Notes: generated by a model not told the origin, from the sequence alone. A DNA stretch of 64,000 bases from Candidatus Heimdallarchaeota archaeon (GCA_030603365.1 JAUVXV010000002.1:64001-128000), one strand, 5' to 3'. Numbered from the stretch's first letter, positions 49,283 to 60,357 are shown. Numbers and translations: made by a program.

Positions 49283-49999
49283 TTGAGTAAGGCAATGAAA
49301 CTAGAAGGAAAATTTGAGCTAGCAATTTTTTTGAGAAGACCCAATCGCTTTCTAGCTCACGTTTTCCTAGAAAATTCTAGAAAAGAGGTAGTTGTTCATG
49401 TTCCCGATCCAGGAAGATTGATTGAATTACTAAAACCAAAAACTGTCGTACTTGTAAGACAAGATGAAGGAAAAAGTCGTAAAACAAAGTATACTTTGGT
49501 AGCTATAAAGAAGGAAAAAATCTGGGTAAACATAGAGTCAATTTTCACCAACAAGATTTTTGAAAAAGAGTTCAAGAAAATTCCTTCCTTCAATGATTAT
49601 GAAATTATTAGATCAGAGTACACTTTTGGCAATAGTCGATTCGATTTTCTGATGAGAAATGTACAAACTGGAAAAAAAGCTCTGGTTGAAGTGAAAGGAG
49701 TAACACTTGTTGAAAATCAGCTAGCTTTGTTTCCTGATGCACCAACTAAAAGGGGAGTTAAACATGTCAGAGAGTTACAAGAAGCAGTTTCTAAGAGATG
49801 GGAAGCTTTCATTGTTTTCATTATTAAGAGAGAGGATGCAACAAGATTTTCTCCTAATAAGATTATAGATCCACAGTTTACAGAACAGCTGATTAGTGCT
49901 TATAATACTGGAGTGAAAGTTGTTGTAGTTAACTGTGATTATGATCCAATAAGAAAAAGAGAAATAAAAATAAAAAAAGAAGTTCAGTTTATTCCTTGA
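49283..49999 (+). CDS. sfsA: DNA/RNA nuclease SfsA
   Basis: RPNRF, HVPDPGRL, SRFDF, VEVKGVTL, FPDAPTKRGVKH. Confidence 0.95.
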   Translation: MSKAMKLEGKFELAIFLRRPNRFLAHVFLENSRKEVVVHVPDPGRLIELLKPKTVVLVRQDEGKSRKTKYTLVAIKKEKIWVNIESIFTNKIFEKEFKKIPSFNDYEIIRSEYTFGNSRFDFLMRNVQTGKKALVEVKGVTLVENQLALFPDAPTKRGVKHVRELQEAVSKRWEAFIVFIIKREDATRFSPNKIIDPQFTEQLISAYNTGVKVVVVNCDYDPIRKREIKIKKEVQFIP

Positions 50000-52007
50000 T
50001 TCTCTTTATTTTCTTTCTTCTTACATTTCTAAGAAGATAGACAATTGCTATACCCGTAAGAGAATACAATATATCAAGACTTATTGAAGTTAAAGTAGGG
50101 CTAGTTTCTGTTGAAGTTTGAGTAGGTGTAGATGTTGGTGTAGTGTAATGGTTACCAGGTCTACCATATCCTGCTGCTTCCATCCACTCCCAAGCTAAAT
50201 CATAGTCTTTGTTATATATCACTGTAAAACCAGGATAGAACCAGGGAAAATAAATTGGGGAAGGTTCGTGACCTATAAGATATTCACCATCATGAATTAT
50301 TTGATTCATCTCATAGCGATCAATAATGTGACATATACCCTTCCTTACAGCAAGTGCTTTAGTATAATCAGTTTTTCCAGTTGCATCTAACCAAACACGA
50401 TTATCGTCTCTACCAATGAAACTTCGATCCAAATTGAAGGCAATAAAAGAAAGATTAATTTCAATAAAGGTTTGCACATCAAATCTTGGATCAGCTTGCA
50501 TTTGCTTTCTTGTTAAAGGTAAAGGAGTCACATCAATCCAATCAAGCGTTCCTTCTTTAAATTCATCAAGTTGAGATTCTAGTTCTGGAATCACATGAAC
50601 ATAGATTTTTTCAATATCTAAATCCTGATTTGTTCCATCAATTGCACCTATCCCGAACCAAAAAGGACTTCTTGTTAAAACAGTAATAGAGTTACTTTCT
50701 CTGTAATCTAACATGTATTTACCACAACTAAAAGGAGAATCGCTATAACTTCTCCACTGATCAGTATGTGTAATTTCAGGATACAAACCTACATATTCAT
50801 CTCCTCCATTAGTGTAGTTGATCATTGTTTCTGTTGAGTTAAGATAAAATTCTGGAAGTATAAATGAGCGCATTTGCTCCCAGAAACTATAATAGTATTC
50901 TTTTTCTGTAGTATGAGGATTTCCATCTATGAGCACATGAAAAGCTAGAGGATTGGTTTCATCTACATAACAATTCGACATCCATGAGTATTTTACTGCT
51001 TTTTCTGAAATATCAGGATTTGATAATGCTAAAAAAGTAAAAACTGCATCATTTGCTGTAACTTGTTGATTGAATCCATTACTAAAATTACCCTTTATGC
51101 CTATCATTAATTCTTCTTCAGAAATTGAGAAGAGATCTTCTGAATCAAAATCTCTTGAACTACAATTATATGAAGGATTCCAATAGAGATTATTTCTTAA
51201 ATAGAATTTGAAATGAAAGTCATTAATTTTATCCCAATTTTCAATTAACCCTGTTTTTAAGGGAGCTTTATCAGGACTAAATTGTAGAACTGGTTCAAAA
51301 ACAAACTTAGCGATATCATTTTCACTCTCGGATAGTTTAGATATTGGGTTCAGATTATACCAATCGTATGTAGTTGCCATATTGAATTCATCATATGAAA
51401 CTTGACCTTGGTGATAGCCATCGTAATACATATAGGGTGTTGAATCTGCTACTCCCCATCTTCCTTCATAACCCATAGTATTAGCCCACACACTAACATA
51501 TGTTCGGGGTGCATATAAGGGAAGAATTGGTAGAATCTTGTCCATCATAAGAATCTCCCAATTAATAAATGCTTGCTCTATCTCCTCTAAATCATTAGAT
51601 ATTTGATAAGCTAATTGCATGTCTTCGCTTTCATCATTATAAGGGATTTCAGAGCTGAGCCCAAAAATATTTTTACTCCCATTTTCTGTATAAAATTCCC
51701 TCAAATCTAGTGTAACAGTTTCATCAAATTGCCATATTGTCAAGTCCCAATCTCTAACTATTACATTGCATTCTAACCATTTATCGAAACAAATACCAGA
51801 CTGGATTTTAATTTCAGAGTCAATATTTATTTCTCGAAGGTAATTTGCAATAAATAGACCATAATCTCCATAAAATCCACCACCTGGAACCTTAATGACC
51901 AGGTTAAAGAAGGGTTCAGTTCCATACTGAAAATCTGAATAAACAGCTTGTGATGTTGATATACTTAGAATTAGAAGTGAAATAAAAATGTAATTGCTTC
52001 TAATCAT
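49989..52007 (-). CDS. Family-5 (peptide/nickel) solute-binding protein, C-terminally anchored, paralog E
   Basis: FEPVL, FYLRNNLYW, VTANDAVFT, CGKYML, VRKGICHIIDR, MEAAGY, PT linker, TM. Confidence 0.85.
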   Translation of the reverse strand: MIRSNYIFISLLILSISTSQAVYSDFQYGTEPFFNLVIKVPGGGFYGDYGLFIANYLREINIDSEIKIQSGICFDKWLECNVIVRDWDLTIWQFDETVTLDLREFYTENGSKNIFGLSSEIPYNDESEDMQLAYQISNDLEEIEQAFINWEILMMDKILPILPLYAPRTYVSVWANTMGYEGRWGVADSTPYMYYDGYHQGQVSYDEFNMATTYDWYNLNPISKLSESENDIAKFVFEPVLQFSPDKAPLKTGLIENWDKINDFHFKFYLRNNLYWNPSYNCSSRDFDSEDLFSISEEELMIGIKGNFSNGFNQQVTANDAVFTFLALSNPDISEKAVKYSWMSNCYVDETNPLAFHVLIDGNPHTTEKEYYYSFWEQMRSFILPEFYLNSTETMINYTNGGDEYVGLYPEITHTDQWRSYSDSPFSCGKYMLDYRESNSITVLTRSPFWFGIGAIDGTNQDLDIEKIYVHVIPELESQLDEFKEGTLDWIDVTPLPLTRKQMQADPRFDVQTFIEINLSFIAFNLDRSFIGRDDNRVWLDATGKTDYTKALAVRKGICHIIDRYEMNQIIHDGEYLIGHEPSPIYFPWFYPGFTVIYNKDYDLAWEWMEAAGYGRPGNHYTTPTSTPTQTSTETSPTLTSISLDILYSLTGIAIVYLLRNVRRKKIKRIKE

Positions 52008-54009
52008 AATTTTTTTTCCTCTTTCTCTTTCTCTGATTAAAAATTATTAGTATAAATCCGAACAAAACAAGAACTTCAGGAAAGTTTATTGTTGTCATAA
52101 CTGGTATAGTAGATGTTAGAGTTGGAGTGGGAGTTGGTGTAGGAGTATAAGGTTTCTCATAACCTGCAGCTTCCATCCACTCCCAAGCTCTATCCAGATC
52201 AAGATTATAGATGACATCAATAGGTGGCCATACCCAACTATATACTAGAGGATTTGGTCGGTTATTAATCAAATATTCTCCATCGTGAAGTTCGTCATTC
52301 ATCTCGTCTCTATCTATTGCGTAACATATAGCCTTCCGAATGGCTAATGCTTTCGTACAATTTGTTTTTCCCGGTTCATTTAACCACACTTGATTATTTC
52401 CACCTCCAATAACATGTCTTCCAAGATTAAAAGCAATAAAATTCATCAAATAGACAACGTGTGTTTGCACATCAAATCTTGGATCTGCTTGCATCAATTT
52501 TCTTTGAGTAGGAAGGGTTGTCAAAGATACCCAATCTAAATTCCCATCTAAAAATTCGTCCAATACAACAGAAGTGTCAGGTAAGAGATGAATATTAATT
52601 GTTTCAAAATCTAGGTTTTGAGGAGCACCGTCAATAGCGCCAATTTCAAACCAATATGGGCTCTTTTGGAAAACACCAATTGAGTTTGGTGCATAATAAT
52701 CCAACATATATTTCCCACACCCAAAAGCAGATGTTTGGTAAGTAATCCACTCAATAGATTCCAAAATTTCAGGGTACAACCCTACATATTCATGCCCTCC
52801 ACTAGTTTTGCATATTTCCAAATTTGTTGAATTCAGGAAAAATTCTGGTAGAAGAGGAACGGGTATTTTTGTCCAAAAATCAACATAGACTTCTTTTTCT
52901 GGTGTGGAGAGATCACCATCTATCAGTACATGGAATTTTGAATCGTCTACTAGGTCAACATAACAATTAGATAACCAACTATATTCATCTGCCTTTGCAG
53001 TAATATTAGGGTTTGAAAATGCCAATAATGAGAACACAGCATCTTTTGCGGTAACCTTCTGATTGGTGCCATTGCTGAATTCAACTTTGAGACCTATCAA
53101 TAAATCTTCCTCAGAAATGGAACTGAGTGGTAATGAAGAAACGTTCCTTTGAGAAACATTGTAAGAAGGGTTCCAGTAAATATTATCTCGAAGCTCAAAG
53201 AGATAATGGTTATCATCAACCATTGTCCAATCTTGAATGATACCTGTTTTTAAAGGAGCCAAATCAGGACTGAAAGTAAGCAAAGGTTCGAAGATTAAAT
53301 TAACTAATAGATCTTCAGTTTTTGTATAAAGTGATAGAGGATTAATACCATTCCAGCTTGGTATAGCCATGTTGAATTGCTTTAAGTTTTGTTGCCCTTG
53401 ATGTAAACCATCATAGTACATATATGGTAAGGAATCTGCTATTCCCCATCTTGCTTCATATCCCATTGTGTTCGTCCATACTGCTTCATATTCACGTGGT
53501 GCGAATAAAGGTAAGAGAGGGAGGAGCTTATCCATGAACAAATTCTGCCAATCCAATTGTAGCTGCCATCTTACATCTAAATCTGTTGTAATCACTGCAA
53601 GATTTTGTAATTCTTCACTCTCGTTATTATAAGGTATATCTGAATTTAATCTGAAGATGTTTCTGCTGCCATTTTCTGTATAGTACGCTCTCATATCTGG
53701 ACTTGATATTTCACCAGCAGAAATAATAGCCATATCCCAATCATCAATTAGAGACAGACAATCTAGCCAATTAGGCCATCCAGAATGAACTATTATGTTT
53801 GAATCTACGTTTATTTCTCTTAGTTGCTGCATAATAAATAGCCCATAATCTGGATTAGATTGACCTCCCAATGCTAGAATCCGTAAATTGAAGAAATAAT
53901 CACCACCCTCAACAGTTTTCACTGAACTAACACTAGAGATTACTAAGAGTGTGGATATCATGAGTGTGAGTATTCTTTCTTTTTTCATAATATCACTCAA
54001 GCAAACCAA
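52000..54009 (-). CDS. Family-5 solute-binding protein, paralog D (start likely 53988)
   Basis: FEPLL, VTAKDAVFS, IRKAICYAIDR, MEAAGY, PTPTPT, TM. Confidence 0.85.
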   Translation of the reverse strand: MVCLSDIMKKERILTLMISTLLVISSVSSVKTVEGGDYFFNLRILALGGQSNPDYGLFIMQQLREINVDSNIIVHSGWPNWLDCLSLIDDWDMAIISAGEISSPDMRAYYTENGSRNIFRLNSDIPYNNESEELQNLAVITTDLDVRWQLQLDWQNLFMDKLLPLLPLFAPREYEAVWTNTMGYEARWGIADSLPYMYYDGLHQGQQNLKQFNMAIPSWNGINPLSLYTKTEDLLVNLIFEPLLTFSPDLAPLKTGIIQDWTMVDDNHYLFELRDNIYWNPSYNVSQRNVSSLPLSSISEEDLLIGLKVEFSNGTNQKVTAKDAVFSLLAFSNPNITAKADEYSWLSNCYVDLVDDSKFHVLIDGDLSTPEKEVYVDFWTKIPVPLLPEFFLNSTNLEICKTSGGHEYVGLYPEILESIEWITYQTSAFGCGKYMLDYYAPNSIGVFQKSPYWFEIGAIDGAPQNLDFETINIHLLPDTSVVLDEFLDGNLDWVSLTTLPTQRKLMQADPRFDVQTHVVYLMNFIAFNLGRHVIGGGNNQVWLNEPGKTNCTKALAIRKAICYAIDRDEMNDELHDGEYLINNRPNPLVYSWVWPPIDVIYNLDLDRAWEWMEAAGYEKPYTPTPTPTPTLTSTIPVMTTINFPEVLVLFGFILIIFNQRKRKRKKNYD

Positions 54010-54046
54010 TTGTTTAATTAAACGCTAAAACACTTATAATTCTTAT

Positions 54047-56068
54047 TCACTTTCTCCTTTTTCTTGCATTTCTTAACAAATAGATCATCACTATTCCTAG
54101 AAGAGAACACAATATTTCAAGATTAATCGTTGTCATAATAGGTATGGTTGATGTTGATGTTGATGTTGGTGTAGGAGTTGGAGTTGGTGTGGGTAAAGTG
54201 ATGTTATATCCTGCTGCTATTAACCATTCAGCAGATTTCATTAGATCATAATCATACTTTGTAGTTATTTCTTCGAGATACCAATCAGTTAGTGAGGGGG
54301 GGATAGGACAATCGGAAAGAGAATAGTCAGTAAAAAATATTTTACCCATCTCTTTACTGTTAATCGCATAACATATAGCTTTTCTAATTGCTATTGCTTT
54401 AGTATAATTTTCATATCCTTCAGTTTCTAACCATTGTTCATTCAAATCTCCCCCTATTCCTTCATGATTAAGATTGAATGCTAGTACATCTATGTAATCG
54501 GGCTCTATTGTATAAACTAAATATTTAGAATCTTCTTCCATCATAATCCTTTGTTCATAGAAATTAGACAATGAAGCAAATTCCAATTTTCCAGCCTTAA
54601 ACTCTGCTAAAGTAGCTGAAGCATCTGGGATAATTCGAATAGTAATTGTATCTACGAAAGGAGTCATATCTTCTTGACCATCAATTGCCCCTTTACCAAA
54701 CCAATAATGACTTTTTCTAAGTCCAGTTACGGAATTTCTAATGAAGTAATCTAACATAAACTTCCCACATCCAAAAGCAGAATAGCTGTATGTAAGCCAT
54801 TCAGGTGTATCTTCAATCCCTGGATATAATCCTCTGCATTCTATACCACTAGTAGTATTGGAAACAAAGGGATTACTGGAATTCAAGAAAAATTCAGGTA
54901 AACATATTTGTTCTAGATTCTGAAATATTAAAGAATAATAATCTAACTCAGGAGTTGCAGGGTTGCCATCTATTATGATGTGAAAAGCATAGGGGTCTGT
55001 CTCATCAACATAAACATCTGATAACCAATAGTACCTTTCTGGATATCTACCAACTAATGGATTTGCTAAACTCAATAGTGTAAAAACAGCATCTTTAGCA
55101 GTTAAAGGTTGGTTAGTTCCGTTACTATATTCTCCTTTCAAACCCATCATCAATTGAGTAATATCTGATGAATTGAGAGTAGGAGAACTTGCTGTTCTCC
55201 CTGTGATATTGAAGGATGGATTCCAGTAGATATCTCTGTTTAGAAGAAATTCGTAGTGGGAATCATTTCTTTGGATCCAGTTTTCTATAAGTCCATTATG
55301 AGTGGGATAACCATAAGGATCATTTTTTAGCAAGGGTTCTGTTAAATACTCTAGAAGCCTTTTACTTGCTTGTGGGTATTGAGTGTAAGATAATCCAGGA
55401 ACATAGTCCTCAATTAATAGTGAGTTTAACTCGTTCCAATTATAGTCAGCTAACCACAATTCTTCTAGTGATTCTTGTCCTGGATGTAAACCTAAGAAAG
55501 ACATGTATGGGAGAGATTCTACTAAACCCCACATCTCATCGTAACCCAAAGTATTATTCCATAAACAAACTGAGTTTTTGGGTGTCACTAGTGGTTTATA
55601 CATTAGAATTTTATCCATTAATAATTCTTGTAAAACCTTATAGTACTCTATCCTCTCTTCTCTCGATTTAATTGTGGGACCTATTCTTATCATTTCTTCA
55701 AGTTCTTCTTTATATGGAAAAACATAATCGTCAGAGTCATAACCAAACCAGAAAGGAATATCATACAGATAATTAAAATCCGGTTCTAATCGGTTCATAT
55801 AGATTCTGAAATCCCCAAGATCATAATCATCAAATTCAGGTGGGATATACCAAGCAGACCATTCTTCCACTTTTACCACAACCTCTATTCCTAATTCCCT
55901 CATGTACATAGCAATGTATAAACATACATCAGGACGGACTCCACCTCCTCCAGGTAAATAATTCAAAGTAAAGATAGTCTCATCAACTAATCTACTTTGC
56001 ATTGGTGTACTAAAAAGAGTACTTGAACATAGTGTCAATAATAAACATGCTATAAGCTTACCCTTCAT
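54047..56068 (-). CDS. Family-5 solute-binding protein, paralog C
   Basis: TEPLL, LTAKDAVFT, EFKAGKLE, IRKAICYAIN, LIAAGY, PT linker. Confidence 0.85.
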   Translation of the reverse strand: MKGKLIACLLLTLCSSTLFSTPMQSRLVDETIFTLNYLPGGGGVRPDVCLYIAMYMRELGIEVVVKVEEWSAWYIPPEFDDYDLGDFRIYMNRLEPDFNYLYDIPFWFGYDSDDYVFPYKEELEEMIRIGPTIKSREERIEYYKVLQELLMDKILMYKPLVTPKNSVCLWNNTLGYDEMWGLVESLPYMSFLGLHPGQESLEELWLADYNWNELNSLLIEDYVPGLSYTQYPQASKRLLEYLTEPLLKNDPYGYPTHNGLIENWIQRNDSHYEFLLNRDIYWNPSFNITGRTASSPTLNSSDITQLMMGLKGEYSNGTNQPLTAKDAVFTLLSLANPLVGRYPERYYWLSDVYVDETDPYAFHIIIDGNPATPELDYYSLIFQNLEQICLPEFFLNSSNPFVSNTTSGIECRGLYPGIEDTPEWLTYSYSAFGCGKFMLDYFIRNSVTGLRKSHYWFGKGAIDGQEDMTPFVDTITIRIIPDASATLAEFKAGKLEFASLSNFYEQRIMMEEDSKYLVYTIEPDYIDVLAFNLNHEGIGGDLNEQWLETEGYENYTKAIAIRKAICYAINSKEMGKIFFTDYSLSDCPIPPSLTDWYLEEITTKYDYDLMKSAEWLIAAGYNITLPTPTPTPTPTSTSTSTIPIMTTINLEILCSLLGIVMIYLLRNARKRRK

Positions 56069-58068
56069 CTTTTTCTCCTACTCTTGAAGCTATAATAAAT
56101 TAGTGTGAACAGAAGTCCTATAACACCTATTATCACTGGATAATCAATTGTTATAAATGTTGGATCAGTTTCATTTGGAGTAGGTGTTGATGTGGGTGTA
56201 GATATTGGACCAGGTGTTGGTACAATTATATCAAATCCCGCAGCCTTCATCCATTTGAAAGCTTTGATTAAATCGTATTCATACTTTGTTTGAATATCCT
56301 CATAATACCAGTCTGTCAATTGTGAGGGTAGCATACAATCAGTTAAGGAATATTCATCAAAGAGAACTTGACCCATTTCCGTTCTATCAATTGCGTGGCA
56401 TATCGCTTTTCGAACAGCTAAAGATACTGTACAATTTCCATACCCAGGTACATCAACCCAGATATTGTTTAGATGATCCCAACTATCTCCCATAACATTG
56501 AATACTAGTACATGCATGAAATAAAGTCCAGTAGAATATACATCAAAAAGTGGATCAATTTCTAATTGTTCTCTTTCATGCGGAAAACTAGAAACATCAG
56601 TTATATCGAGTTTCCCTGCTTTAAATTCAGCCAATTCAGCAGAAGTGTCAGGAATCACTCTTACTTTGACTGTTTCCATAAAGGGTTGAAGTCCAATAGC
56701 TCCATCTTTTGCACCTACACCAAACCAATAAGGACTTCGTTGTAAAACCGTCACAGAATTTCGTATATAGTAATCTAACATAAATTTACCACATCCAAAA
56801 CCAGAGGTACTAAAGTAAATCCAAGCTGTTGAAACATCAATATCTGGATAAAGCCCCTTACATTCAATACCAGTTGTAGTATTGGTAATTGTATCAGCTG
56901 TAGAATTCAGGTAAAATTCAGGAAGACAAGAAAGTTCTAGTTTATCAAATAATAGAGAGTAATATTCTGTTTCATTAGTATCAGGGTTCCCATCTACATG
57001 AATATGGAATGAAAAGGGATTTCCAGGGTCAACATAAACATCTATCATCCATTCAAAATTAAAGGCTTGTTCACTCACTGTTGGATTTGCCCAAGTCAAC
57101 AGGGTAAATACAGCATCTTTTGCTGTTACAATTTGGTTAGTACCACTACTATACTCTCCCTTTAATCCACTCATTAGAGTTGCGTTTTGAAGAGGTTCAG
57201 AACTTGCAGTTCTGCCAGAATTATTGTAAGAAGGATTCCAGTACACATTTGGTCTCATGAAGAATTGGTAATGACTAGAATTAATTTGGATCCAGTTACT
57301 AATCAACCCGTTTCTTGTAGGATTACCATTTGGGTCAATTTTAAGCAGAGGTTCAGCTATCAAATCCCAAATAAATGCACTATTAGTATCATCTGTAAAT
57401 AAAGGATTGAGTTCTCTCCAGTTAGCATCTGCAAAAATGAATTCATCAGTTGAAACTTGACCTTCGTGTAACCCATAAAAAGCCATATACGGGCTTGATT
57501 CTATCCATCCCCATTGACTATCATAACCAAAGGTGTTGTTGTGCAAACTTTCAAATGATTTTTGTATGATTAATGGCCAATAGAGCAGGACTTTATCCAT
57601 AAAAAACTCTTGGAGGTTTTGATAATATTCTATCCGCTCTTGTTCAGATTCTATTGTTGGTCCAATTTTAATCATTTCTTCAAATTCTTCTTGATGTGGA
57701 AAGGTATAACTAGTGGGCCGATACATCCAAAAGGGAATTTGCTGAAGAAAATTGAAATCAGGTTCACGATTCTTAAAAGCTAATTTTACTGCACCTAAAT
57801 CTGTTATATCATGTGGATACGGATAGTAAGGATAATGATGATGCCAATCATCCCATCTGACTTCTAATTCAATCCCTATATCTCGCACATATTGTGCTAC
57901 AAATAGACCAAAATCAGGTCTTGAACTTCCTTGAAGATTCGTATCAAAGACTATGTTCAGAAGTGCATCTCCCCCTAAACTTGATGGTATAAACTGATTT
58001 GTCACAAGACTAACAGTAATCATAATACTAAACAATAATCTTAGATTACTTTTTCTCTTCATTACCAA
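56065..58068 (-). CDS. Family-5 solute-binding protein, paralog B
   Basis: ELNPLF, AEPLL, VTAKDAVFT, VRKAICHAIDR, MKAAGF. Confidence 0.85.
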   Translation of the reverse strand: MVMKRKSNLRLLFSIMITVSLVTNQFIPSSLGGDALLNIVFDTNLQGSSRPDFGLFVAQYVRDIGIELEVRWDDWHHHYPYYPYPHDITDLGAVKLAFKNREPDFNFLQQIPFWMYRPTSYTFPHQEEFEEMIKIGPTIESEQERIEYYQNLQEFFMDKVLLYWPLIIQKSFESLHNNTFGYDSQWGWIESSPYMAFYGLHEGQVSTDEFIFADANWRELNPLFTDDTNSAFIWDLIAEPLLKIDPNGNPTRNGLISNWIQINSSHYQFFMRPNVYWNPSYNNSGRTASSEPLQNATLMSGLKGEYSSGTNQIVTAKDAVFTLLTWANPTVSEQAFNFEWMIDVYVDPGNPFSFHIHVDGNPDTNETEYYSLLFDKLELSCLPEFYLNSTADTITNTTTGIECKGLYPDIDVSTAWIYFSTSGFGCGKFMLDYYIRNSVTVLQRSPYWFGVGAKDGAIGLQPFMETVKVRVIPDTSAELAEFKAGKLDITDVSSFPHEREQLEIDPLFDVYSTGLYFMHVLVFNVMGDSWDHLNNIWVDVPGYGNCTVSLAVRKAICHAIDRTEMGQVLFDEYSLTDCMLPSQLTDWYYEDIQTKYEYDLIKAFKWMKAAGFDIIVPTPGPISTPTSTPTPNETDPTFITIDYPVIIGVIGLLFTLIYYSFKSRRKR

Positions 58069-58150
58069 TTAAATCACTTACAAGTTATACATAATAAAAA
58101 ACCATTATATACACTAGCTCAAGACGATTTTAAGACTTTCTTTTGACATA
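58030..58150 (-). repeat. Duplicated promoter/start segment, copy 1
   Basis: Close match to 60240-60357, including accattatatacactagctcaagacg. Confidence 0.85.
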
Positions 58151-58315
58151 TATAGTGTATTAAACTAAGCTCTAAAATTTAACAATCTAACTCCTCGAAT
58201 CTAACATAAACGTAGATATAATTATTTCTGAAAAAGAAAAGGAAAAGAAATTTTGGTAGAAGAAAAAGGTGTATTCTTTGCTGAAAAAGAAGTTCAGCTT
58301 ATTCCTAGATTCTTT

Positions 58316-60286
58316 CTATTTTCTTCTTTTTGTTTTTCCAAGGAGATAAACAATTACGATTCCTAGTGAAGAGTACAATATTTCAAGATTTATTGTTGTA
58401 AAAACTGGTAAGGTTGATGTCTTGGAAGATGTAGGTATTGTTACATTAAATCCTGCAAGTTTCATCCATTTGAAAGCTTCAATCAAATCATATTCATACT
58501 TGGTTTGAATATCTTCATAAAACCAATCTGTTAATTGTGGTGGGAGCATACAGTCAGTTTGAAAATAGTCATCAAGGAGAAGATTAGCTATTGCATATTT
58601 ATCTATTGCATGACATATTGCTTTCCTGATTGCTAAAGAAACTGTATAATTCTCATAACCTTGTTCAGTTATCCAGATATCGTTGAATTGATCCCAATTC
58701 TTTCCTAAAACATTGAAAGCAAGTACATGAAAGTAATATGGACCAGTGACATAAACTTCATACAAAGGACTTGTTTCCATCTGTTTTCTCTCTGCGGGAA
58801 AATGGGAAACATCAGCTCTATCTAGTTTTCCAGCTTTAAATTCGGCTAATTCTGCTGAAATATCTGGAATAACTCTTACTTTGACGGTTTCTACAAAAGG
58901 TTCCTGTCCAGTCACACCATCCATAGCTCCAACTCCGTACCAGAAAGGATTTCTACGTAGGACCGTTTCTAAGTTTCGAATATAATAATCTAACATAAAT
59001 TTACCACAACTAAAACCAGTGGTACTAAAAGAAACCCAAGCTGGCGAATTTTCAATATCTGAATATAAACCCATACATTCAATTCCTGTTGTTGTATAAG
59101 AAATAATTTCTTCAGTGGAATTTAGGAAAAATTCAGGAAGGCATGAAATTTCTAGTTTCTCAAACAATAGAGAATAATATTCGGTTTCAGTAGTATTAGG
59201 GTTTCCATCTACAAGAACATGGAATGATAAAGGATTCACAGAATCAACATATACATCTTGCAACCATTCATAATTGTAGTATTGTTCACTTACTGTAGGA
59301 TTTGCCCAAGTTAGAAGAGTAAAAACTGCATCCTTTGCTGTTACAATTTGATTAGTGCCCGTACTATATTCTCCCTTCAATCCACTCATAAGAGTTGCAT
59401 TTTGAAGAGGATCTGAGCTCGCAATTCGACCAGTGACATTGTATGAAGGGGTCCAATATATATTTGGTCTCATAAAGAACTGAAAATGACTAGAATTATG
59501 CTGTATCCAATTACTAACTAATCCATACATAGTAGGATTACCAGATGGATCGATTTTAATCAGAGGTTCAGCCATAAAATCCCAAATGAATTTGCTACTA
59601 GAATCAGCTGTAAATAGTGGATTTAGCTCTCTCCAATTGGCATCCGCAAAAATAAATTCATTAGTTGAAACTTGACCATAGTGTAAACCATTGAAGGTCA
59701 TATAAGGGCTTGATTCTACCCAACCCCAGTTACTATCATAACCCATTGTATTATTATAGAGAGATTCAAATGAATTTTCTACCATTAGCGGCCAATATAA
59801 CAAAATCTTATCCATAAAGAATTCTTGTAGCATTTGATAATGATTTATTCTCTCCTCTTTTGATTCTATAGTTGGTCCGATTCTTATCATTTCTTCAAGT
59901 TCTTCTTTATAAGGAAACCAGTAACTTGATGGAAAAAGTTTCCAGAAGTCCATTTGCTTAAGAAAACTGAAATCAGGTTCTCGATTTTTGAAAGTCAGTT
60001 TAATTGAGAGCATATCAGAATCCGAATATCCAGGAGGTGGATAAACAATGCCCCAATCATCTGTAGTAACTTCTAGTTCAATTCCTATAGCTCGAAGGTA
60101 TTGACTAATATAAAGACCACAATAACCACTTAACCTATTATCAGTAAGGATACGATATTTTAAATCTAGAAGAGGTTCAACTGCATTACTTGACTGTATA
60201 CACTGGTTTGTTACCAGACTAATGGTAAATATAACACTGAACAGTAATCTTAGATTGCTCTTTCTCTTCTTTACCAATAGAATCAC
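58316..60286 (-). CDS. Family-5 solute-binding protein, paralog A
   Basis: Highly similar to 56065-58068 (FADANWRELNPLF, RVIPD.SAELAEFKAGKLD). Confidence 0.85.
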   Translation of the reverse strand: MILLVKKRKSNLRLLFSVIFTISLVTNQCIQSSNAVEPLLDLKYRILTDNRLSGYCGLYISQYLRAIGIELEVTTDDWGIVYPPPGYSDSDMLSIKLTFKNREPDFSFLKQMDFWKLFPSSYWFPYKEELEEMIRIGPTIESKEERINHYQMLQEFFMDKILLYWPLMVENSFESLYNNTMGYDSNWGWVESSPYMTFNGLHYGQVSTNEFIFADANWRELNPLFTADSSSKFIWDFMAEPLIKIDPSGNPTMYGLVSNWIQHNSSHFQFFMRPNIYWTPSYNVTGRIASSDPLQNATLMSGLKGEYSTGTNQIVTAKDAVFTLLTWANPTVSEQYYNYEWLQDVYVDSVNPLSFHVLVDGNPNTTETEYYSLLFEKLEISCLPEFFLNSTEEIISYTTTGIECMGLYSDIENSPAWVSFSTTGFSCGKFMLDYYIRNLETVLRRNPFWYGVGAMDGVTGQEPFVETVKVRVIPDISAELAEFKAGKLDRADVSHFPAERKQMETSPLYEVYVTGPYYFHVLAFNVLGKNWDQFNDIWITEQGYENYTVSLAIRKAICHAIDKYAIANLLLDDYFQTDCMLPPQLTDWFYEDIQTKYEYDLIEAFKWMKLAGFNVTIPTSSKTSTLPVFTTINLEILYSSLGIVIVYLLGKTKRRK

Positions 60287-60357
60287 TTACAAATTATACT
60301 TACAATAAAACCATTATATACACTAGCTCAAGACGTTTTTAAGACTTATTTTTGACA
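60240..60357 (-). repeat. Duplicated promoter/start segment, copy 2
   Basis: Close match to 58030-58150. Confidence 0.85.
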
